Source: Eledone cirrhosa (taxonomy: Eukaryota). From it: a stretch of 64,000 nt of DNA. Where the stretch lies: NCBI GenBank assembly GCA_964016885.1, contig OZ024744.1:103664001-103728000 (forward strand), written 5' to 3'. Positions 1-11,359 of this stretch are shown here, in pieces (the stretch's first letter is position 1; the number at the start of each line of letters is the position of its first letter). The translations under genes and the position numbers were made by a program. The notes beneath the pieces are model-generated. The model worked only from the letters and a program-made list of their open reading frames with translations. It did no database searches and was not told the origin of the DNA.

Positions 1-1236
1 GGGAACTTGTTAGCCACATTGTATATAGACAAGCGGCAAATTTTGTTCCTATCGTCTAACCAAGAACCAGGAGTTGGGGCTGAAGGTAAACCTTTAGTCA
101 ACCTCTTCTATAATAAATATATATGGGTGGGGTTGACAAATCCGACCAATATTGCGCCTACTACCCAGATGGACGCCCTGGGAAGAAATGGTGGAGATAT
201 ATCTTGTGGTTTTTAGTGAATTTAACCATTGTGAATTCTTTTATTGTATTCACTAAAAGCCACAAAAATCCGCCACCACCAAAGGACTACTGCCACATGA
301 AATTTCGTGTAGACGTTGCCTCTCAGCTACGTGGAGGATATTCTTCTCATAAACACAAATCTGGGAGAAAGTCGAAATTATCTGAGGTAAACACGGAAAA
401 TATTGATTTTCACAAAGTGGAGAAAATTAATGGGAGGAAGAAGGTTTGCCGAATGTGCTCTTTGCAAAAGAGAAAAACTGTTAAAGGTTATGCAATTCAA
501 ACCACGTTTATGTGTTCATTTTGCAAAGTGCCATTATGTAAAGGGTGTTTTGGGCAGTATCATGATAGAAATATTGTCTGACAATATTGAAAAAAATATT
601 TTAAAAATATATTGGAACACATTAGATACAAAAACGCCTGCATTCACCTGTGTCACAGCTGCATCACACCTGTTAATGAACTTATATATTGGGAACATTC
701 TGTTATATAATTCTACTCAGTACATTATGTAAGAGTACATGCCAATATTATTTTGACTGGTGAAAGGGTTTTATACATTTTTTTCAATGAAAATATTTGT
801 ATGAAATGTAGAGACAGACTAAAACCGTGTACTGATTATACCTGCATTTAAAATTAATTCACCTGTTTGGAAATGTGCTAAAATTGTTGGAAGTCAACAT
901 CTAGGTCATTGTTGGATATTCTTTGTAACAAATCTAGCAGGTAAGTCAGATAAAGTTTTAATTTTTGTGTTTATCCATAAAGTCATTACTTTTACACCTG
1001 TTAATTAATTTCACTTGCCCATAAAAGTCAAATTTAACAAAAAAAAAAATCGGTAAAAATATACAATTGTAAATTATTGATATTTTAACATCTACTGACA
1101 AAATTTCAAGTCTGCACATAGAAAATTAAGAAAATTACAAACAAATGAAATTGATAACCCTCTTGAGTATGATTAACTCAAAATAAATGCGAACAGATAA
1201 GCATGACATTTGAAAATTAATGCGAATGCTAAAGGG
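1..1236 (+). mobile_element. piggyBac DNA transposon, 3' part with right terminus
   Basis: Transposase C-terminus at 1-581; element ends ...AATGCTAAAGGG followed by TTAA (1237-1240), the piggyBac terminus/TSD signature. Confidence 0.85.
7..581 (+). pseudogene. piggyBac (PGBD-like) transposase C-terminal fragment, frameshifted
   Basis: YNKY-MGGVDKSDQ (third catalytic Asp region), KKWW, and C-terminal Cys-rich domain CRMC...CSFCKVPLCKGCFGQYH. An extra AT in TATATATG (~118-123) splits the frame. Confidence 0.85.
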
Positions 1237-1499
1237 TTAAACATTGTTAATAAATTCTGTTACAACGAACTACAAATTGTCATCAACATTATCTTATCTT
1301 ACTTCTAAACTGGCTACTATTACATGCTGCTATACTGATGACATAATACATCATATGTTATAAACTGCTTCACTGCTGACTTCTGTTGATACACAATACA
1401 CAAATACAAATATTATCATTCTCATTTATATCTTATTAAATACTATCTTCAGTTAGTTTAGAAGAACCACAGCTCACTAACCAACCCATCTTCTCCCCT

Positions 1500-1985
1500 G
1501 CAGTGGACTATATTCTGATTACCCCCAGGCGCAACAATATCATCAAGTAACGGTAAAAGGAGTAACTCTGCACTTCAGGTTATACAACCCAACAATGTGA
1601 CTCTCAAGGGATCCACTCCATAGGAGGGATATGCCTCATTAAAAATATAGTTTATGAATGTAAAATTATCACTAGCGACAGATTATACTCCTACATAGGT
1701 GCCACTGCAACAAATTTTAAGGAACGGTGGTACAATCATTGCCATTTGTTCAAAAGAAGTGATAAAAGTAGGAGAACTACTCTCTCAGAACTTACATGGA
1801 GACTGAAAATGAACATAGACAATTTGCTCTCTTGGTCCAAGGTTTGATCTGCACCCCACTATGGGGGACAATCTAATGCATGTCACCTATGTACCTCAGA
1901 GATCATGGAGATACTAAGAAGGGGGCCATTGGTGATCAATAAAAGACTGGACCTTTTTGTTAACTGCCTCCATAGATACGCCAAA
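1500..1985 (+). mobile_element. Penelope-like element remnant (GIY-YIG endonuclease region)
   Basis: Manual translation gives ICLIKNIVYECK...YIGATATNFKERWYNH...TTLSELTWRLK...CHLCTSE...NKRLDLFVNCLH; frame is broken. Confidence 0.8.
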
Positions 1986-3238
1986 ACTATTTTGAGAACA
2001 CACAGTAGATAGATACTACTCCAGAGCTGAACACACTTACTGGAGAGGTTGACAACACCATTTATATATTGCACATATCTCATAGTACCCTAACTACACA
2101 TTAAGAATAACTCAACCGGATCTAGCTTTCAACCACATCAGTGATACTCCTATATACATAATGAAGAGGCACCTCATTGTAACTTACATGGTCACGGCAG
2201 TGTTACAATAATTTCTCAAACACAGAACAATAAACTCTTGGCCACCTCCCAGTTAATCCCTACTTCTGTTTACTACCATGCATCTGTATTATTATGTATA
2301 CTGTATTGGTAGACTTATGTTTACACTACCGAAATGTGTATATACTGATATATGCCTGTATATTTGTGTGTATCTATATGTGTATATATATACGTGAGTG
2401 CGTGTGCCCGTATATGCATGTATATATATCTGTGTAAGTGTGCGTGTGATATAAGTGCACCTCTGTGTATACTTATACATTGAATGCTCCATTGTCACAG
2501 TATTAAGATCATTACAATTATTATCACTTTTATTTTTATTTTTTATGTTATTACTACTACATTTAGATCCATTACTATTACTGGTATAATCAATGGTATG
2601 GTCATCAATAATGTTATCGTTGTCATCTCTTTATCAGTGCCTTTATTAATATACATCATATCCCATAGCTGGTTGATTGTACTCCTACTGTACTTTGAGT
2701 ATTGACAGTTATTATTAATTTTTCTTTCATAATTCTCCATTGATATTTTAATTTTAATCCATCTATTAATACCCCTTATATTCCCATGTACCATTATTAT
2801 CATCATGACAACCATCATTACTATAGCTATTATGATTATCAATGTTTTTCTAATTATTAGAATAATCATTATCATTGTTTACATCAATAGTTTATCACTT
2901 GTAAGAGTACATTTAATATATTTTTTATGTTTGTGCATGTATATATATGTATATATATGATTTAAGGGAGATCTGGTTACTATTTCTAGCTTGGTGATCT
3001 ATAACATAATCTCTCTTTTGGGGTTTATACTTATATCTATATAATGCTGTTAATGTTAGACCTACCTGGTAACTAGATATGCTAAAAATAGCAGTCAGTT
3101 CCCCCTCAGATCATATCTTATTAACTTAAGATACTTGATTACAATACCCAGAAACCATCATATATGTCTGCTCATATCATATGTGTATACATGTAGATTT
3201 GATATTATTTTCTTTATTTTTTATTCAATGTTTTACAG

Positions 3239-3295
3239 GTCAATCTTCACTGACTGCCAATATTCCAGAGATGTGCCAGGCAGATGATATAATAG
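3239..3295 (+). CDS. Host-gene micro-exon E1 (57 nt, phase 1-1): xQSSLTANIPEMCQADDII
   Basis: T-rich tract + ttttacag acceptor; AG|GTAAGA donor; 2+18x3+1 nt with no stop. Confidence 0.75.
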
Positions 3296-3354
3296 GTAAG
3301 ATCTAATAAAAAGCCTTTCATATTTTTAACTAACACAACAATATATATGTATAT

Positions 3355-6150
3355 ATCATCATCACCATCATCATTTAACATGTATCTTCTACTCTAGCAT
3401 GGGTTAGACGGGTTCACCCCATTTGAAGCAAGTTTGGTTGGGTGACAGTGTCTCGTTCATATAGGACTGTTTCTGGCTGCTTTTCTATGCCCTTCCTAAC
3501 ACCAACCACATTTACAGTGTGTGCTGAGTGTTTTTTGCCGTGTCTCTTACAGGACCACTTTACAATATGGACTGGGTGCTTTATGTCATGACACCTACAC
3601 GACCTCTTGACAGTGTGGGCTGGATGTTATGTGGTACCAACATAACTTTACAGAGTAAGGGTGGTGTGGTTAGAAGTGAGAGGGAGGTGTAAGGGGTGTG
3701 AGGGTGTAGGGTGTATAGTTCATTGAAAGGTGCCTACTGAGTTTAAGTTTAAGTCAGTGTGGAAGGTTAGGCATGTCTTCTCTATTACAGCCTAGCACCA
3801 AAGATCTTGATCCTAAGGTTCAAGTGTGCAAGGTCAGCTTTTATCACCTTGTCCCAGGACTTTCTGGGTCTACCTACTCCGTAGCTTCCATCAATTTTGA
3901 TTGCCCTGCACTTTTTATACAGCTGTCCTTCATATGCATCACATGACCATACCAATGGAATTTCCTCTCAAGTAAACTGAATCTGATCCATCTTATTCTT
4001 AATTTCTCACTTAGTTCATTTATGCTTTGCTATTTGTGTATGTTACTATTACACATCCACTGGAGCATGTATTCTTCGTTTGTTTCCAATCTGTGCAAAT
4101 CCTCTGCACACAATGCCCATGTCTCACTGCCATGTAACATTGCTGTTCGTATACAAGTATCTTACAATCTGCCTTTTAGAGTAAAACCTTTTATAGCCAA
4201 CAGCAGTATTAGCTCTCTGAACTTTTTCCATCTCGTTCTAACTCTGGCTACTATACTTTCAGAGCACTCTCCTCCACTGCTGATTACTGATTTTGTCTCC
4301 CAGGTAACGGAAAGTGTCTACTATTTCTATTGAACCATTTGGGCAGTCGAAGGAGCTAGTATTCTGTGGGCACTTGCTACTTACTGCACCTGAGCATTGA
4401 CCACATATAAAATCTACATTCTTAGATGGCTTACCTGTGATCCCACTACATCTTTTATGTACCCATAGTTTGCATTTGGGGCATTGAATGAAAAATCAGC
4501 TTACTTTGCTACACAGTAAACAAGGCCATTTCCTAGAGGGCACCTGTGCCCTATTTTCCTTTCTACATACTAGAACTTTAGTTTTAGACAAGTTAACTTT
4601 AAGGCTTTTAGATTCTAGGCTATGCATCCATGTTTGGAATTTCTTCTTTAGTTCAGCCATAGATTCAGCTATGAGAGTTAGATCATATGCATATAGAAGT
4701 TCTCATGGGCAGCCAGTCTTAAACTCTTCTGTTATAACCTGTAGGTCAATAATAAACAGGAGGGGTCTGAGGATGGAGCCTAACCCTAATCCTAACCCTA
4801 ACTCCTACTTTTACTATATTCATTGATGATTCTAACCTTGCTGACTGTTCTTCTATACATGGCTTGTATAGCTCTCACAAGCCACTTATCTACTCCTAGT
4901 TTTCTAAGAGCCCACCAGATAAAGGAGCAGGGGACTCTCTCAAAGGCTTTCTGTAAATCAACAAAAACTAAGTAGAGGGGTTTACTTTTAGCTAGGTACT
5001 TCTCTTGTAGTTGCTGTACAAGGAAGAAAGCATGATGGTACTTTTACTTGGCACAAACCCAAACTGTATTTCATCTAGATCAATTCAGTCTCTAATCAGT
5101 TGTGCAATAATTCTTTCTGTAACCTTCGTGATCTGGTCAATTAAGTTAATGCCTCTATAATTTCCTCTATCTACAGCATCTCCTTTACCCTTGTAACAGT
5201 TAATGATGATGCTGCTATGCCAGTCATTTAGTATGACCCCATTCTGTATTACTTGGTTTACTATCCAGGTGACCATAGTATGTCCCACCATTCCAGATGC
5301 TTTCAACATCTCAGCAACTATCCACAAAGCCCCAGTCGCCTTGCCTGTCTTCATATCTTTGATTGCCTTACTTATTATTTAACTTGCACCACTGGTCCCT
5401 CTATTGGATCGATTTGGGGCAGACTATCTTTATCCCATTTATTCTCCTCATTTAATACTCTCTCGTAGTGACACTTCCAAACTACCTCCTTATCAGTATC
5501 AATGAGCGCAAGCACACCATTATCATTATGGACACACATCTCCCCGACAATCCTAAAGACCTCACATTTTTGGTTCTCGCGTTGAAGAGCTTGTTTGAAC
5601 TTTCTATCCTCTGCTTCCCTTTTTGCAAGGTACACTTGTCTCATAGCTTCTCTCCTAGCCACCTGATAGAGTTCTCTACTTCCCCATTCCTGCCATACTT
5701 TCGAAGCCTGCTTTTTGGCCTTGATTGTCTCCTCCACCTTACTGTTCCATCACCAAATTACTCTTCTTCTGCCTATAGGTCTGCTCCAGCAATAGATTTC
5801 ATCTGTCATCTTCAGCAGGTTAATTTTCAGGAATTCCCACTCTTTCTCTATATTGTATCTCTCTAATTGCTCTTCCTTACTGTCAAAAGTGTCAAGTAAT
5901 AAGCTTTTAAATTTGTCACTGGCTGTGGGGTTCAACTTCCATATTCTTCTCCTCAAAGTAGTCCTCTGTCGTCAAGTACATCTAGTCCTGACTATGAGGT
6001 CACTAACTATTAGGCTATGTTGGGAGTTGCATTCTTCCCCAGTGAGGGATTCAGTGTTCACAACAGACACTCTGTCTCGTATTCTAGTAAGGATAAAATC
6101 TATCTGGCTGGTGTGTTCCTTCGATCTATAGGTGATCAAGGGATTGTCTC
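3355..6150 (-). mobile_element. Degenerate RTE-clade LINE
   Basis: Minus-strand RT fragments (YKGKGDAVDRGNYRGINL, QFGFVP), C-terminal RPRKSWD-type motif, and a (CAT)n tail at ~3356-3373. Confidence 0.8.
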
Positions 6151-6158
6151 ATTTTTAT

Positions 6159-6190
<32 letters not shown>

Positions 6191-6197
6191 ATATATG
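5920..6197 (+). repeat. Left copy of ~277-bp direct duplication flanking the Gypsy element
   Basis: Near-identical to 10410-10684; two substitutions seen plus TA-run length differences. Confidence 0.9.
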
Positions 6198-6447
6198 TGT
6201 GGTTAGAAAAAGCTATCTCACTTACACTGCAGGTACTCCTCTTCCACGTGCATCCGACTGCTTAACACCGGGAGCTGCCCAAAACGCGTCCTCACCGTAT
6301 GCTGGTCACCACTAGAGAGAGGCCCTCTCCTGGCCCTTCCGGTCGAGCATCCTTCCGGTCAAAGACCCCTTCTGGTCGAGCACTCAAAAACCCCTTCCGG
6401 TCGAGCACTCCCCCCCCCCGGCCACCGCACGCCACACCATACCCACA
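6198..6447 (-). repeat. 3' LTR (250 bp)
   Basis: Matches 10126-10409 apart from a 27-nt deletion, poly-C variation and a few substitutions; four internal CCTTCCGGTC-type repeats; preceded on the minus strand by a purine-rich tract GAGATCGGGGGGGCG (6448-6462). Confidence 0.92.
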
Positions 6448-6460
6448 CGCCCCCCCGATC

Positions 6461-8995
6461 TCAAGGATCAATTTCCCCCTCGTCCCTCTGCATATGAAAG
6501 TCTGCTGTCCAGGTCGGTGGTCTACGACTTCGTTGCGATCTTCGTAGTATTGGGGCAGGGCTCTGGGTTTCCACCTCATCTTGGGTTTCCTCTTCCTCGG
6601 AGTCCGTCGATACAGTGATTCTTCTTACATCCAGGACATGACGTGGTACCCCATCCATGGACACATTGTTCTTTGAATTTACGGCCGTCACCGTTCCCCT
6701 TCCCCATTGAGATGTGCACCGTGCATCTGGGGGCTTAGCCCAGACTTCTTCGCCCACCTGCACGAATGCACTCTCTCTCCCCACTGGCCGTTGTGGTGGC
6801 GTGCACGGGTGCCGCCACTCGTATTTGAATACTGCTCTGTGTGGCACCGATTCCTCGACCTGTCCAACCCGAGGGGACATATTGTACCAGAACACTGCCT
6901 CCATTGGTGAGATATGGCCCCGCTCCGCCATTGCTTTGATCGTCCGGTGGTGTCGCTCCACGATTCCATTCCCGCTCGGCCTGTGCGCCGCTCTGAAGAA
7001 ACGGTCCACCTTCCATCCCTCGAGCATCCGCCTCAGTGCCTCCGAGCAGAACGCTGCGCTGTTGTCCATCAGCAGTTCATCCACAGGGCCCCGCTCCAAG
7101 AACACCTCTCTCAACGTCCGCACGATTTCCTCGGCCGTTCCAGTCTTCATCTCCCTCCATATTGCCACTCGACCTGGTCCACAGTCGACCATCGAGAGGT
7201 ACGTTCCCTGCCGGTAGTGCGTCACATCCACCGCTAATCGCTTCCAGTCGCGATCCACCGGGAGGCTTCCCGTTTCGTGTACACCCGGGGCGGGATCAAT
7301 GGACTGACATCGGACGCAGCCTCTAACGACCCCCCGAACACTGTGTCTGCTAACGTCCGAGTCGATTCTCCTGGCTAGGAACAGACTCCTATCCACCTCC
7401 ATGTGGTGCATGTCATGCAACCCCTTCAGGTCTAACTCGGTCAGCCGACACACGGCAGCTATCTCATCCTCTACCTCCTCCGGCGCTTCCATCCAGGCTT
7501 TCTTCACTCTAGTTAAGATGTCCGCCCTATTTTTCTCTGAAGGCACGAACACTACGCTCAGCTTCAGGTCGAACTCGGTGGCCAGCTCTCCTAACGTTCC
7601 CAGGCGGCGCTTTATCAGCATCTCCGCCACGCCTCTCGTTCGCACTCTCTTCTCACTGGTGAGCACTGATCTTACCCATCCGAGTACAGTAGCCGAGTCG
7701 GTGCGTATCTCGATGGTGCGCAGCCCCCACCGCAGGGCGAGGTTCACCCCTCTCAACACCGTGTCCGGCTCGGCCACATTGATGTGGCTGCAGTCGTCCT
7801 TCTTTCTAAGCCAGGCTGCATCCTCGACCTCAACACCTCCTATCTCCAACGTGACACCCAGCGCTATGCTGCTGGCATCGCACCATACGGTCCCGCTCCG
7901 TGATTTGGGAACATACCAGCGTCCCCGCACTGGGTCGTCGGCCTTCACCCTCCCCACGATCTCCTGCATCATGGCCACCGTTCTCTCTCCCACTCTGTCA
8001 CTCCAAGTCACCCCTCCCGCTTGTCTCTTGACATAGCTGCATGCCGTCCGGAGCCACCCAGCGATCGGGTAGTGACCCACCAGCTTTCCACACACTGAGA
8101 AAAGCTCCCGCCTATTCATACTTGGGCCCAGTTCCGGAACTTCGTTTCCCCTCTGGAACACCAAAACGCCCGTCTTATCTCGCCGTAGCCTAAGTCCCAG
8201 CGCGGCTCCTCCCTCCAATGCTTCCGATGGCTTCGCAGTCAGTCCATACCTCCGCAAATGGCTCGTGACCTCCGCCGTCGATACCACCGACTCGTCCACT
8301 AGGATGTCGTCAATGTAGGAGTTAGTAGCCCTCTTTATCTTGTCGGCCCTTCCCAGAGCGGTCTTGAGGACCGCCGCCATGATCTTCGGTGCGGAGCTCA
8401 GCCCGAAACCGAGCCTGGTCAGGCAATATGTCCGGCCCTTATACCTGACCAGCTGATACCGCCAGAGCTTCTCATCTATATGCAACTGCAAGTAAGCCGA
8501 CTTTAGATCCATGATCGCTGAACCCCCCGTCATGCGTCTCCACTCACGCAGGGTTTCCCCACAGACATCCGTGACCTCGCCACCCGTGTTGCATGACACG
8601 TGCTCGTTCAGCTCTCGATAGTCCAGCACCAGCCTCACCTTGCTCTTCGTGGGTTGCACCACCGCCATCAACGGCAATACTCCGCACTTCACCTCCTCCT
8701 TCCAGGGAAGCAGTATGCCCTCTTCGATCCATCTCTCTACTTCTCGCTCGAACTCGCCCTTAGCATTTCCCTTCAATGTGTGTTGATAGCAGCCCACTTT
8801 GGTCTTCAGTGTTGGTGGTTCTCCCTTCCAGTACCACTCAACAACCCATCGCTGCCCATCAAACACGGCCTTGAAGTCCTTGTCCTGTACAGTGTAAGCG
8901 GGGTATTGCTCCTCGTGGGCCTTCTGGTTCTCATGACGTGCACTCACAGCGTATACCGATGCAGCGGCGCCAAACGACACACCGACATTGTTCAC
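6461..8995 (-). CDS. pol: Gypsy Pol: reverse transcriptase, RNase H, integrase
   Basis: LDYRELN, DLKSAYLQ, LGFGLSSAP, YIDD (RT); WCDAS (RNase H); HDMHH...CVRC zinc domain; D,D,E integrase core (AVDVT, MDNS, GIVER). Confidence 0.93.
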   Translation of the reverse strand: MNNVGVSFGAAASVYAVSARHENQKAHEEQYPAYTVQDKDFKAVFDGQRWVVEWYWKGEPPTLKTKVGCYQHTLKGNAKGEFEREVERWIEEGILLPWKEEVKCGVLPLMAVVQPTKSKVRLVLDYRELNEHVSCNTGGEVTDVCGETLREWRRMTGGSAIMDLKSAYLQLHIDEKLWRYQLVRYKGRTYCLTRLGFGLSSAPKIMAAVLKTALGRADKIKRATNSYIDDILVDESVVSTAEVTSHLRRYGLTAKPSEALEGGAALGLRLRRDKTGVLVFQRGNEVPELGPSMNRRELFSVCGKLVGHYPIAGWLRTACSYVKRQAGGVTWSDRVGERTVAMMQEIVGRVKADDPVRGRWYVPKSRSGTVWCDASSIALGVTLEIGGVEVEDAAWLRKKDDCSHINVAEPDTVLRGVNLALRWGLRTIEIRTDSATVLGWVRSVLTSEKRVRTRGVAEMLIKRRLGTLGELATEFDLKLSVVFVPSEKNRADILTRVKKAWMEAPEEVEDEIAAVCRLTELDLKGLHDMHHMEVDRSLFLARRIDSDVSRHSVRGVVRGCVRCQSIDPAPGVHETGSLPVDRDWKRLAVDVTHYRQGTYLSMVDCGPGRVAIWREMKTGTAEEIVRTLREVFLERGPVDELLMDNSAAFCSEALRRMLEGWKVDRFFRAAHRPSGNGIVERHHRTIKAMAERGHISPMEAVFWYNMSPRVGQVEESVPHRAVFKYEWRHPCTPPQRPVGRESAFVQVGEEVWAKPPDARCTSQWGRGTVTAVNSKNNVSMDGVPRHVLDVRRITVSTDSEEEETQDEVETQSPAPILRRSQRSRRPPTWTADFHMQRDEGEIDP

Positions 8996-9032
8996 CGTGA
9001 CGCCCCCTAGACGGCCAATCGCGTCGATCCAT

Positions 9033-9353
9033 TTATCCAGTTATGCCCATAAACACGCCGATCCCATCCACCACACTGTCTACCACGATGGCGGAAAGCC
9101 TTATCGTCCTACCCCTTACCGCTATTTCCATCTCGCTGCGACCTCGGCATTCAATTTTCCTGCCGTCGACTGCCCTTACGCTGCTCTTCCCTCCCCACCT
9201 CTGCGCCACCCCCGCGGTCACCAGTGTCGTCGTACAGCCCGTATCCACGAGGGCTCGCTGTGGCTTCCCCCTCACGAGGACTTCCACCACGGGCAGCGCC
9301 GCTACTCGTAAGGGGCAACTACCGGCGCAGTAGTTCCCCTTGGACCGTTTCCC
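9033..9353 (-). CDS. Aspartic protease domain, in the -1 frame relative to gag
   Basis: ALVDTGC motif. The frame is open from the G-GGA-AAC slippery site and is disconnected from pol by a 16-nt insertion at 9027-9042. Confidence 0.85.
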   Translation of the reverse strand, partial: GKRSKGNYCAGSCPLRVAALPVVEVLVRGKPQRALVDTGCTTTLVTAGVAQRWGGKSSVRAVDGRKIECRGRSEMEIAVRGRTIRLSAIVVDSVVDGIGVFMGITG

Positions 9354-10051
9354 TGGTCGCAGTTAGTAGCGATGTGGCCTGGTCGCTTACACCTGTAGCA
9401 AATTATATCCGGCTTCGACTCTCTACAGTCTCTAGCCATATGCGGGCCATGACACCTAAAACAGCGGCCCTTAAATTCTCGCGAACGGCCGCTTGCCGAG
9501 GTTGCCTCCCTTTGACCATTTCGCTGCCAGGTGTCCTGAGCCTCCGTAGTCGCTATCGCCGCGACACTCTTTTTGGCATCTTCCGCTATGATCCGGGCTT
9601 GTTCCACCAGTGAACGCATTTCCATCTCCTTGTACCGCGGGACTTGCTGCAGTTTCACCGCTATGTCGTCCGGAAATCCATTGATGAATGCCAACCGCAC
9701 CGTGCGTTCGCATTCTGCCTGGTAGCCCGCCAACATGGCCAACCGTCTTATTTCTGCTGCGAAAATGTCGACGCGCTCACCATTCCACCTGATTCTCGCC
9801 AGCTTAGCAAAAGCCGCCAACGGTCCCTCGGCGAATGCATCCATCAGACGCCTCTCAATCTTCTGCACATCTCTTTGGCTGTGCTCGTCCAACTCAAGGA
9901 AGAGTACCAACGCGTCGCCCTCGAGGTACAATGCAATGAGACCGGCCACGTCTTCTATCTTCTGCAGCCGAACCTTCCGCAGCCAAGTGACAGCATCACC
10001 TTCCCCGGTGAATGGCCTGATAGCTTCGTTCATCCGTAGTCTTGTCGCCAT
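9302..10051 (-). CDS. gag: Gypsy Gag with two zinc knuckles
   Basis: 249 aa; CFRCHGPHMARDC and CYRCKRPGHIATNC. Confidence 0.92.
   Translation of the reverse strand: MATRLRMNEAIRPFTGEGDAVTWLRKVRLQKIEDVAGLIALYLEGDALVLFLELDEHSQRDVQKIERRLMDAFAEGPLAAFAKLARIRWNGERVDIFAAEIRRLAMLAGYQAECERTVRLAFINGFPDDIAVKLQQVPRYKEMEMRSLVEQARIIAEDAKKSVAAIATTEAQDTWQRNGQREATSASGRSREFKGRCFRCHGPHMARDCRESKPDIICYRCKRPGHIATNCDQGNGPRGTTAPVVAPYE
9347..9353 (-). promoter_or_regulatory. -1 ribosomal frameshift slippery heptamer G GGA AAC
   Basis: X XXY YYZ heptamer in the gag frame (CAG GGA AAC); a -1 shift lands in the protease frame. Confidence 0.8.
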
Positions 10052-10113
10052 CTTCTGATTTGTTTTGCGGCAAGTGTTTTCTTTTTTTTTTCTTTTTTTC
10101 TTTTTTTTCAGTC

Positions 10114-10125
10114 GCCGAAATAGCT
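10114..10125 (-). promoter_or_regulatory. Putative primer-binding site complementary to tRNA-Phe nt 1-12
   Basis: + strand GCCGAAATAGCT directly abuts the 5' LTR and equals the 5' end of metazoan tRNA-Phe(GAA); no TGG-type PBS is present. Confidence 0.65.
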
Positions 10126-10409
10126 TGTGGTTAGAAAAAGCTATCTCACTTACCGCTTTTCACAGGCGCCGCTAAATTCCACTGCAGGTACTCCTCTTCC
10201 ACGTGTGTCCGACTGCTTAACACCGGGAGCTGCCCAAAACGCGTCCTCACCGTATGCTGGTCACCACTAGAGAGAGGCCTTCTCCTGGCCCTTCCAGTTG
10301 AGCATCCTTCCGGTCAAAGACCCCTTCCGGTCGAGCACTCAAAAACCCCTTCCGGTCGAGCACTCCCCCCCCCCCGCCCCCGGCCACCACACGCCACACC
10401 ATACCCACA
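10126..10409 (-). repeat. 5' LTR (284 bp)
   Basis: TGTGG...CCACA termini; homologous to 6198-6447. Confidence 0.92.
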
Positions 10410-10640
10410 TGGCTGTGGGGTTCAACTTCCATATTCTTCTCCTCAAAGTAGTCCTCTGTCGTCAAGTACATCTAGTCCTGACTATGAGGTCACTAACTAT
10501 TAGGCTATGTTGGGAGTTGCATTCTTCACCAGTGAGGGATTCAGTGTTCACAACAGACACTCTGTCTCGTCTTCTAGTAAGGATAAAATCTATCTGGCTG
10601 GTGTGTTCCTTCGATCTATAGGTGATCAAGGGATTGTCTC

Positions 10641-10683
<43 letters not shown>

Positions 10684-10684
10684 G
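10410..10684 (+). repeat. Right copy of ~277-bp direct duplication
   Basis: Near-identical to 5920-6197. Confidence 0.9.
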
Positions 10685-11047
10685 TTGATTTAAAACTGCA
10701 CTATTCACAAGTGTTTTTTAACCTTCATATCATGTCTCCCTATTTTATCTGATGAAAACGCAAATGTCATCGCATGATGATATTTGTATTTGAAAGGCGC
10801 ATAATAAAATACATGGAACTCTTTTAACCATCTTTTGATCTTATATTATTTATACTCCAGTCCTACAAACTGTAGAGTGCTACTTATCCGATATCTGCAT
10901 TGCTTTATTGTACTACAATAAAACTCACCTCCTACATATATATATATATATATATTGTTGTAATAATATTGCCAGAAATAATAACAGAACACACTCACTG
11001 TTTGGTTGGTTTTCGCTTCTATATCTTTTATATCTCCACAGTTAATT

Positions 11048-11262
11048 CATTTGGTCCTCAATGTTTATCATTGACTGACCAATGGTCAAAAATACAGATA
11101 TAATATAGATATAAACACATATATATAGTCAGTGGTACCACTGATGATGTTGCAGATGTGCAATGAAAGAACTTTGCTAAACTATATATATGTGTTTATA
11201 TCTATATTATATCTGTATTTTTGACCGTTGGTCAGTCAATGATAAACATTGAGGACCAAATG
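11048..11262. repeat. Inverted repeat, 82-bp arms with 51-nt spacer
   Basis: 11048-11129 is the reverse complement of 11181-11262 with one G-U-compatible mismatch. Confidence 0.9.
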
Positions 11263-11359
11263 GTTAGTGTTATTGTTGTTTACACAGTTGTTGCAATTCT
11301 TATTTGTTGTATTCATAATTTTGGCATTAATATATATACTGGTTGGATGCCTTTCCTAA

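Larger units (their letters stand above)
6198..10409 (-). mobile_element. Full-length Ty3/Gypsy LTR retrotransposon (4.2 kb, GC-rich)
   Basis: Two LTRs with TGTGG...CCACA termini, order gag-PR-RT-RH-IN, PPT and PBS-position element. Confidence 0.95.

Noticed and set aside
930-946. Strong donor CAG|GTAAGT
   Set aside because: Inside the piggyBac 3' region with no convincing upstream acceptor.
6688-10058. Many + strand ORFs up to 211 aa
   Set aside because: Antisense shadows of the GC-rich Gypsy gag/pol.
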